In this document: piece after piece, positions 56,838 to 64,000 of the stretch
Position numbering within the stretch: the first letter of the stretch is position 1
Layout: every line of letters starts with the position of its first letter
Assembly: GCA_963796455.1 (NCBI GenBank)
Contig: CAWCLO010000010.1
Span: forward strand, 704,001-768,000
Source of the DNA: Candidatus Sulfomarinibacteraceae bacterium
Lineage (GTDB): Bacteria > Acidobacteriota > Thermoanaerobaculia > Thermoanaerobaculales > Sulfomarinibacteraceae
Reading direction: 5' to 3'
DNA length: 64,000 bases
Notes under the pieces: model-generated
Database searches by the model: none
What the model saw: only the letters and a program-made list of their open reading frames with translations
Told to the model about the DNA's origin: nothing
Position numbers and translations under genes: made by a program

Positions 56838-58811
56838 ATGACGACCCGCACGACAAACGTGACGCCTGATCTGCAGGAACGACTGCGTTTCGAGACGATG
56901 CTCTCGGACCTTTCGTCGCGGTTCGTCAATTTCGAGCCGGGCGATGTGGATCGCGAAATCGAGCAGGCTCAGCGGCGAGTCTGCGAGTGCCTGGACCTGG
57001 ACATCGCAGCGCTCTGGCAGCTTTCGCCCGACGAGCCCGGTGTCATGAGAATGACCCACATCTACCGCAGATTTGACGGGCCGCCGGTTCCCGAGGATTT
57101 CGATGCGCGGGAGTACAACCCGTGGGCGATCGGACGGGTGTTTTCGGGAGACGTGGTCGCGCTTCCACGGATCGAAGACTCGCCGGGCGAGGCGGCGGTG
57201 GATCGAGAGACCTGGCGGTACTTCGACATCAAATCGGTGTATCTCTTTCCGCTTGCCACCGGGGGAGTACCGGTCTTCGGCGCCATGAGCTTTCACGCCG
57301 TCCGCAACGAGGCTCGGTACTCCGACGACATCGTTCAGAGGCTGCAGCTGGTCTGTCAGATCTTCTCCAACGCCCTGCTCAGGAAACGTTCGGACGCCGC
57401 ATTGCGGGAGAGCCAGGAACGGCTGGAGCTGGCGGCGGACGCCGGTGAGGTCGGAATCTGGGTGCTCGAGCTCGAGCATCGGCGGTTCTGGGCCACCCAC
57501 CGGGCACGAGAGATCTTCGGCTACGAGGCGGATTTAGAAATCACCTTCGAACGGTTCATGGATTCGCTGCACCCAAGATGCCGGGAGACCGTCGCCGAGG
57601 CCGTGCGGCGGTCGGTCGAAGAGGGGCACGAGATCGATATCGAGTACCGGATCGTGCACGCCGGTGGCGGCGAGCGATGGGTCCATTCGCGAGGGAGGAT
57701 GCAGGGGCCGTCGGCCACCGCGCCCGAGCGAATACTCGGTGCGACGATCGACATCACCACGCAGAAACGGGCGTTCAAAGAGGTTCAGAGACTCCGGGAT
57801 CAGCTCGAGCTCGAGAACGCCTATCTCAAGCGTGAACACCGGCTTCAGCACGGACAGGGTCGGATCGTCGGCGAGAGTCCGGCCATTTTGGAACTCCTCG
57901 AGGTGGTCGAGCAGGTGGCTCCGGAGAAGACGACCGTCCTGATCGAGGGCGAGACCGGAACCGGCAAGGAGTTGATTGCCCAACGGCTTCATGAATTGAG
58001 CGCCCAGCATGACCGGCCCATGGTCAAGGTCAACTGCGCCGCGTTGCCCTCGACCCTGGTCGAAAGCGAGCTCTTCGGACGTGAAAAGGGCGCATACACC
58101 GGGGCCATTTCGCGGGAACCCGGGCGCTTCGAGGTGGCCAACGGTTCAACACTCTTTCTCGACGAAATCGCCGAGTTGCCATTCCAACTCCAGGCAAAGC
58201 TGCTCCGCGTGCTCGAGGAGGGTCAATACGAACGGGTGGGCAGCTCACGGACGCTGACGACCGACGTCCGGGTGATCGCCGCCACCAACCGAGACCTCGA
58301 GGCCGAGGTGAAAGCGGGACGTTTCCGTCAAGACCTCTTCTTCCGTCTCGCTGTCTTTCCCATCACGGTACCGCCGCTGCGTGAGCGCAGGGGCGACGTG
58401 CCCCTCCTCGTCTGGTCGATCGTTCAGGAGCTCAGCGTCGGCATGAACAAGTCGGTTGAGACCATCCGGCGGCAGGACATGGAGAGGCTCCAGGGCTATG
58501 GCTGGCCGGGCAACGTGCGAGAGCTTCGCAATGTGGTCGAACGCGCGATGATTCTCTGCACCGGGCCGGTTTTGCGGGTCCAGCCGCCGTCCGGTTCGGC
58601 GGGCGAAGCCGGCGACGAAGGTGGGCCGCTTTCCATGGATGAGGTCCAGCGGCGTCACATCCTCAAGGTGCTCGAGATGGCTGGGGGGCAAATCCGCGGC
58701 TCCGGTGGAGCAGCCGAGATGTTGGGTCTCAAACCCACCACCCTGCGGTCGAGGATGCAGCGACTCGGGATCGACCCACGACGATTGCGGGACGACCGAT
58801 CGTCCATGTGA
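56838..58811 (+). CDS. Sigma54 enhancer-binding protein with GAF and PAS domains (FhlA-like)
   Basis: GETGTGKE, ESELFG..KGAYTGA, WPGNVRELRN, HTH AAEMLGLKPTTL. Confidence 0.93.
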   Translation: MTTRTTNVTPDLQERLRFETMLSDLSSRFVNFEPGDVDREIEQAQRRVCECLDLDIAALWQLSPDEPGVMRMTHIYRRFDGPPVPEDFDAREYNPWAIGRVFSGDVVALPRIEDSPGEAAVDRETWRYFDIKSVYLFPLATGGVPVFGAMSFHAVRNEARYSDDIVQRLQLVCQIFSNALLRKRSDAALRESQERLELAADAGEVGIWVLELEHRRFWATHRAREIFGYEADLEITFERFMDSLHPRCRETVAEAVRRSVEEGHEIDIEYRIVHAGGGERWVHSRGRMQGPSATAPERILGATIDITTQKRAFKEVQRLRDQLELENAYLKREHRLQHGQGRIVGESPAILELLEVVEQVAPEKTTVLIEGETGTGKELIAQRLHELSAQHDRPMVKVNCAALPSTLVESELFGREKGAYTGAISREPGRFEVANGSTLFLDEIAELPFQLQAKLLRVLEEGQYERVGSSRTLTTDVRVIAATNRDLEAEVKAGRFRQDLFFRLAVFPITVPPLRERRGDVPLLVWSIVQELSVGMNKSVETIRRQDMERLQGYGWPGNVRELRNVVERAMILCTGPVLRVQPPSGSAGEAGDEGGPLSMDEVQRRHILKVLEMAGGQIRGSGGAAEMLGLKPTTLRSRMQRLGIDPRRLRDDRSSM

Positions 58812-58823
58812 CGATATTTCGTC
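58810..58823. promoter_or_regulatory. Candidate upstream activator site GACGA-tatt-TCGTC
   Basis: Palindrome ~100 nt upstream of the sigma54 motif. Confidence 0.45.
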
Positions 58824-58922
58824 TCCGGCGAGGCACCCTTTTCGGAATCGTTGTCTGAATTGACGGCATCGATTCCCCAAAAACCCAACAACAACACAAC
58901 AAACCCGATGGGCACGACGTGG

Positions 58923-58938
58923 TGGCACGCGTTGTGCA
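58923..58938 (+). promoter_or_regulatory. Sigma54 -24/-12 promoter TGGCACgcgttGTGCA
   Basis: GG-N10-GC spacing is exact. It lies between the activator gene and the DUF2092 operon. Confidence 0.78.
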
Positions 58939-59041
58939 ATCCGCTTCGTCATCTTGACCCGTGGCCCGGGAGACGAATGGTTCGCATTCGGACCCTGTCC
59001 GAAGGGCTCGGGCCGATTCGAAACATCATAAGGAGGCAACG

Positions 59042-59879
59042 ATGTTGAGTTCAGATTCGTGGTTTGCTCGAGGAAAACCCGCAGTCCGGACGATGGCGGG
59101 CATCGGAGGTATCGCGATGGTCCTGGCCGTCGTGCTCGCTTCGGCGGCGCCGGTCGCCGCGGGCGAGGGCCAGACGGCCGGAAAATGGGGTGGTCCCATC
59201 GACCCCGAGGCCTTGCAGATTCTCAAAGGCATGACGGATTACATGGGCAGCCTGCAAAAGTTTTCCATGCACACCGAGAACACCTACGAGGACGTTCTGG
59301 CGACCGGCCAGAAGATTCAGTTCCAGTTCTCCTCGAGCATCGTCGCCCAACGGCCCAACAAGATTCGCGCGAAACGCTCGGACGGAATGGTGAAGACGCT
59401 TTTTGTATACGACGGTGAGACGCTTCACCATGTACGACGGAGGGAGCGACTTCTATTCATTCATCGCTGTTCCGGACAACATCGATGATTTCCTGCATTT
59501 CGCCCGCGATACGCTGGATCTCGTTCCGCCGGCGGGAGACATGGTTTTCACCAACGCCTTCGAGTTGCTGACCGCCTCCGTCACTTCGGGTTTTGTGGTT
59601 GGCCCGGCGGTCATCGACGGCGTCAGCTGCCACCATCTCGCCTTCACGACGCCGGTCGTTGATTGGCAGGTTTGGATCGCCGACGGCGACCAACCGCTCC
59701 CCTACAAGTATGTGCTGACCACCAGGGACGATCCGGCTCAGCCGCAGTTCGTGACCATGATCAGCAACTGGAATACCGAGCCGAAGATCGACGCAAAAAC
59801 CTTCGAGTTCGAGGCACCGGAGACCGCGATGGAGATCGATTTCGTCCTCGCCGGGGCCGGCGCCGCGGCGGCTCAGTGA
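59042..59879 (+). CDS. DUF2092-like periplasmic protein 1 (frameshift near 59425)
   Basis: LKGMTDYM..RPNKIR..YDG; CHHLAF..DWQVWI..GDQPLP; F.F..P. Confidence 0.8.
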
Positions 59880-59898
59880 ACGGAGAGGGAGGTACATC

Positions 59899-60345
59899 AT
59901 GAAGTTATTTGTCAGGATCCTCGGGGTAGCAGCAGTTTTTGCTCTCCTTTTCGTTTTCGATATCATTTCTCTTGGCCTCGTACCCGAGGCTGACGCGATC
60001 GCCGGTGTTCGGCGCAGGACGGCCCGCCGGACCGCCGTCGTAGTAGGAAGCGCTTCCGCCTCACAGAACGCCGCCGCCCAACAGCAGGTCGCCACCGCCA
60101 ATGCGGAGACTGCGGCCGCCCAACAGGAGGCTGCCGCAGCCAACGCCGAGGCTGAGGCCTATAAGCAACAGGCCGCGGCCACTCAACAACAGGCTGCCGC
60201 ACCGGCGCCCGCGCCGACGGCGATGGTCGCCTCACTGCCGGCAGGTTGTGTTTCGGCAGGCGCCGTCTTCCAATGCGGAAACGTCTACTACAAGCCCTTT
60301 ATGTCGGGCTCCCAGGTTGTCTACGGCGTCGTACCGGGACCGTAG
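59899..60345 (+). CDS. Secreted Ala/Gln-rich hypothetical protein with RRRTARRT motif and a C-terminal Cys pair
   Basis: RBS GGAGG; signal ending ADA; LPAGC..FQCGNVYY.P. Confidence 0.78.
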   Translation: MKLFVRILGVAAVFALLFVFDIISLGLVPEADAIAGVRRRTARRTAVVVGSASASQNAAAQQQVATANAETAAAQQEAAAANAEAEAYKQQAAATQQQAAAPAPAPTAMVASLPAGCVSAGAVFQCGNVYYKPFMSGSQVVYGVVPGP

Positions 60346-60422
60346 GAGCTCCGGGAACACGCGGATTCGGGTTCGTCATTTGCTTTCGGTACGACACGAG
60401 ATGACAACGGGAGGAGTGTGCC

Positions 60423-61247
60423 GTGTTTTCAAATAGAGAAACGCTGTCGATTTCGACAGGCTGTCGCCCAAGTGCCCTTTTGCTTCCCACCGCGCTGATG
60501 GTGGTGATGGCTCTTGGGGCGGTCGGTGCGGGTGCTGAGGAACCGCTCGACGATGCGTATTTGATCCTCAGGGCAATGTCAGAGTACGTCGCCGGCCAAC
60601 AGACCATCGAGCTGACCTTTGACAGCGACATCGAGGTCATCACGCCCGAGCTCGAGAAGATCCAGTTCACCAACTCGGGGGGAGCGTTGTTAAGCCGACC
60701 GGACAAGCTGTACGCACACCGGGTGGGCGGCTTTTCGGAGGTTGAGCTTTACTTCGATGGCACCACCGCCGGCATCAACGGCAAGAGCGTCAACGGCTAC
60801 GTGAAGATCGATGCCGTCGGAACGGTCGACGATCTGATCCACGCGCTCAGGGACGGCCACGGAGTGGCGCTGCCCGGAGCGGATTTGCTGCTGTCGAACT
60901 CGTATGAAGTTCTGATCAAGGATGTCCTCGAAGCCAAGCACCTCGGAACGGGCGTGATCGGTGGGGTGGAGTGCGAACACCTCGCCTTCCGAAACTTCGA
61001 GACCGACTGGCAGCTCTGGGTGGAGGTCGGTGACCGACCGATCCCCCGCAAAATGGTGATCACCAGCAAAACCGTGAACAGCGCGCCGCAGTACACCATT
61101 CGCATTACCGGTTGGAACACCGACGTCGAGCCGAACGCGGACGCGTTTTCGTTCACCCCACCGGAAGGTGCGGAAGAACTCCACCCGCACGCGCTCATCG
61201 ACCTCGATGAGCTGCCGCAAGAGCTCCCGATTGGAGGCAAGCAATGA
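60423..61247 (+). CDS. DUF2092-like periplasmic protein 2
   Basis: RPDKL, LPGADLL, CEHLAFR..DWQLWV..G.RPIP. The start codon is uncertain. Confidence 0.82.
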   Translation: MFSNRETLSISTGCRPSALLLPTALMVVMALGAVGAGAEEPLDDAYLILRAMSEYVAGQQTIELTFDSDIEVITPELEKIQFTNSGGALLSRPDKLYAHRVGGFSEVELYFDGTTAGINGKSVNGYVKIDAVGTVDDLIHALRDGHGVALPGADLLLSNSYEVLIKDVLEAKHLGTGVIGGVECEHLAFRNFETDWQLWVEVGDRPIPRKMVITSKTVNSAPQYTIRITGWNTDVEPNADAFSFTPPEGAEELHPHALIDLDELPQELPIGGKQ

Positions 61248-61637
61248 AACGCTTTACGAACCGGTGGCTGATCGTTTTTGGATTCACCGCAGTCGGATTG
61301 ATTTGTTTCGGCGCCGCCGTCGCTGAGGCACGAGGTTACGCGGGGGTCGCCCGCCGGAGCACCGTGGGCGCCGGAGCACCCGGGGCCGGAGTCGCGAACG
61401 CCGGGTGTGGGAGCACCCGGAGTAGGTGCGACGCCGGGTGTCGGTGTGGGAGCCCCGGGTGCGGGAGCGGCCCCTGGTGTCGGAACTCCCGGCGTCGGAG
61501 CGGGAGCTCCTGGCGCGGGAGCGGCCCCTGGTGTCGGAACTCCCGGCGCTGGAGCGGGCGCCCCGGGTGTAGGCGTCACACCCACGGCCGGTGTGAACGC
61601 CGGTGGACCGGTCAACCGGGTCGGGGTGCGGCGCTGA
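61244..61637 (+). CDS. Secreted Gly/Pro/Ala/Val-rich repeat protein (frameshift near 61405)
   Basis: Signal ending AEA; GAPGVG/GAPGAG repeats; 54-nt DNA repeat period (61461 and 61515). Confidence 0.72.
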
Positions 61638-61655
61638 GGCAGGAGAGCTGAAGCT

Positions 61656-62831
61656 ATGACCGATCGAGGCACAGGACCCCCGGAACCCGATCTCGAGGCG
61701 TTGTTCGCTCTGGGTGGAGGCCGGGTTACCCGGGGATTGGAGCGGCTGCAGCTTGCACGCGATGCCCGACTTCGTGTAGGGCGGATAGCGCTGTTGTTGG
61801 CGGCTGCCACGTGGCTTCCTCTGCTGGTCCTGGCGGCCATCGAAGGTGTCGCCTGGGGCAACGCGGTGCAAGTGCCTCTGGTGCGTGATTACCTGCCCTA
61901 TGGGCAGCTTCTGATCGCGATTCCGGTCCTCGTTCTCGGCGAGCTCATCGTCGGGCGCAACCTCTTGCGTGCGGTGACGGAACTGCGGACCTCCGAGGTC
62001 CTCGATACGAAGGACTCACCGATGCTGGAAGAGGTCCTTGCGACGACGGTCCAGCGCTGGCGCGGTCGAAGCGTCAACGTCGTGTTGATATTCTTGACCT
62101 GTGCCGCCAGCGTGGTTTCGTTGTGGGGTGCGAAGGAATGGCTCACCGGCGGGTGGCAGGTAGCCGGGGACGAAATGACGGTGGCGGGGTGGTGGTACAT
62201 GCTGGTCAGTCTGCCGGTGATGCGCTTCCTGGCCCTGCGTTGGTTGTGGCGGATGCTGCTGTGGGCGTGGGTATTGTGGAAGGTCTCACGCCTCGAGCTG
62301 CATCCACGGCCCGCCCATCCCGACCGCGCGGGTGGGCTTGCCTTTCTGGGAGGGACGCAGGCGGCTTTCGGAATCGTCGTCTTCGCATTCGGGGTGCAGC
62401 TTTCGTGCCTTGCGGCCGATGCGGTGCATTTCCGGGGAGCGGAACTGACAGCCTTCCGCGGGGAGATGATTGCCTTTGTCGTGATCGCGGTGATGGCGTT
62501 ACTGCTGCCGTTGGTGGTCTTCGCACCGAAGCTTGTCCGGGCGCGCGAGGAGTATCTGCTTTTTTTGAGTGGCAGCGCCCACCGCGGGGCGGGCGACCTT
62601 GAGCGGAAATTGCGTTCGAATCAAGACGGAGAGCTGCCGGCGGATGCGGTTTCGGGGCTCTCCGATTTCGGCACCCTGTACGAGAACGCCCGCCTCATGA
62701 GACCGGTGCCGATGGAGATGCAGCACGTGCTGGGATTGGTGTTGGCTGCGGCGGTGCCTTTCCTGCCTCTGGTCTTCCTGGTCATGCCGGCGCGCGAGGT
62801 GTTGCGCACCTTGGCAAGGTTGCTCATATGA
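61656..62831 (+). CDS. Hypothetical multi-TM membrane protein (HPDRAGGL motif)
   Basis: 391 aa with ~7 hydrophobic segments. Confidence 0.78.
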   Translation: MTDRGTGPPEPDLEALFALGGGRVTRGLERLQLARDARLRVGRIALLLAAATWLPLLVLAAIEGVAWGNAVQVPLVRDYLPYGQLLIAIPVLVLGELIVGRNLLRAVTELRTSEVLDTKDSPMLEEVLATTVQRWRGRSVNVVLIFLTCAASVVSLWGAKEWLTGGWQVAGDEMTVAGWWYMLVSLPVMRFLALRWLWRMLLWAWVLWKVSRLELHPRPAHPDRAGGLAFLGGTQAAFGIVVFAFGVQLSCLAADAVHFRGAELTAFRGEMIAFVVIAVMALLLPLVVFAPKLVRAREEYLLFLSGSAHRGAGDLERKLRSNQDGELPADAVSGLSDFGTLYENARLMRPVPMEMQHVLGLVLAAAVPFLPLVFLVMPAREVLRTLARLLI

Positions 62832-62904
62832 CGGGCACGAACCGTGCTCCGGGAACGATTCCGCTTCGATCGACCGATTTTGATGATTTCGAGGAGGTAC
62901 GGAA

Positions 62905-63667
62905 ATGAAGACCAGGTTGCTTGCGGCTTTGTTCGCCGCAGTCTTTGTCATTTTGGCCGCGCCCCAGGCGGCGGCCCAATCGAGCTCGAATGAATGGCAG
63001 TTCGCCATCGCGCCTTATGTGTGGTTGGCGGGTATGGACGGCTCCCTGACCATCGGGGGGCACGAGGCGGGAGATGGCAGTGTCGACTTCGACAACATCA
63101 TCGACAGCCTGGACTTCGCCTTCATGGGTCACTTCGACATGCGGAACGAGCACTGGGTGATTTCGTCGGATCTCCTATTCATGGATCTGGGTGGAAGCAG
63201 GGATTACACCGAAGGAGATGACATCGACGGCACGGTGTCGGCGGGCTTCGACGCGACCCTCTTCGAGCTCGTCGGCGGCTACCGCGTTTCGCCGGCTGTG
63301 ACCCTCCTCGCCGGCGCCCGCTTTGTCGACATGGGCGTGAGCATCGCCTGGGACGGAACCCTGGAGGACCGGCGACTCGATGCGAACAAGAGTTTTGTTG
63401 ATCCGCTTGGTGGGCGTGCACGTTTTTGCGCCCCTCTCGGAGAAATGGTGGTTCGGCTTCCGTGGAGACGTGGGTGGCTTCGGCGTGGGCTCGGAGCTGA
63501 CCTGGCAGGCCTACGCCGACATCGGATTCCGGATCTCGCACGTCGTGTCCATTCTGGCCGGCTACCACGTTCTCGACATGGACTACGAATCCGGGGTGGA
63601 TGTGGTCACTGTCGACCTCAACGTGATGGTCTCGGGTCCGCAGCTCGCCGTGGCCTTTACCTTCTGA
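62905..63667 (+). CDS. Outer-membrane beta-barrel protein (frameshift near 63410)
   Basis: WQFAIAPYVWL; DPL.G joins to RGDVGGFG..LTWQ; ends AFTF. Confidence 0.8.
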
Positions 63668-63707
63668 GGCCTTTCGGAAGCGCAGAGCAGAAAGGAGGCG
63701 CTGCGAC

Positions 63708-64000
63708 ATGCTCACCTTTCGGTTGCACATGGAGTTCACGCCGCACACCTTTGAGGAGGCTGCAGCGGTTCTCCGCTCCCTCGTCGGGCCGGTTCGGTCC
63801 GAGCCCGGTTGCAGCGCAACGAGGCTGTTGAAGGACACCGAGGACGGTTCGAGGCTCACCTGGGTCGAGGAATGGCGTGCTGTCGAGGACTTCGAGAGGC
63901 ACCTTCGCGCGGCGGCCTTTCGTCAGATCCTGGCGGTCATCGAGCTGGCTTCCGGTCCGCCTCAGGTCGAGGTCGACGACGTCAACTCACGGAAAGGATT
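63708..64000 (+). CDS. ABM / putative quinol monooxygenase family protein (3'-truncated, not in the ORF track)
   Basis: RBS AAAGGAGG; MLTFRLHMEF...VRSEPGC...WVEEW...FERHL. Confidence 0.78.
   Translation, partial: MLTFRLHMEFTPHTFEEAAAVLRSLVGPVRSEPGCSATRLLKDTEDGSRLTWVEEWRAVEDFERHLRAAAFRQILAVIELASGPPQVEVDDVNSRKG

Overview
This is a GC-rich bacterial window with about 46 genes and no rRNA, tRNA, CRISPR array or transposase. The gene content suggests an anaerobic or sediment lineage, plausibly Acidobacteriota/Thermoanaerobaculia, but that is inference only. Recognisable genes are rsgA, mnmA, a SMUG1-type glycosylase, ggt, nhaA, MscS, a dynamin-like GTPase, a prokaryotic pentameric ligand-gated channel, an iodotyrosine-deiodinase-like enzyme, a cytochrome b/Rieske/multiheme operon, two Ser/Thr kinases and two sigma54 activators. 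The most striking feature is non-coding. Many intergenic gaps carry short (6-9 nt) tandem-repeat arms arranged as inverted pairs, each locus with a different repeat unit. One such pair has a 27-bp perfect inverted repeat and encloses a four-helix-bundle gene, so it looks like the gene-carrying member of a family of mostly empty elements. Other candidate systems are: a divergent class III cyclase paired with a degenerate cNMP-DUF4388 protein and a two-component pair; a secreted Cys-peptide/beta-propeller/carboxypeptidase-regulatory-repeat operon; a sigma54-driven DUF2092 envelope operon; and an anti-SD-containing sRNA or small-ORF candidate. About a dozen single-base frameshifts after ~34 kb are probably sequencing or assembly errors. 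All family assignments come from motif recognition by eye; no searches were run.
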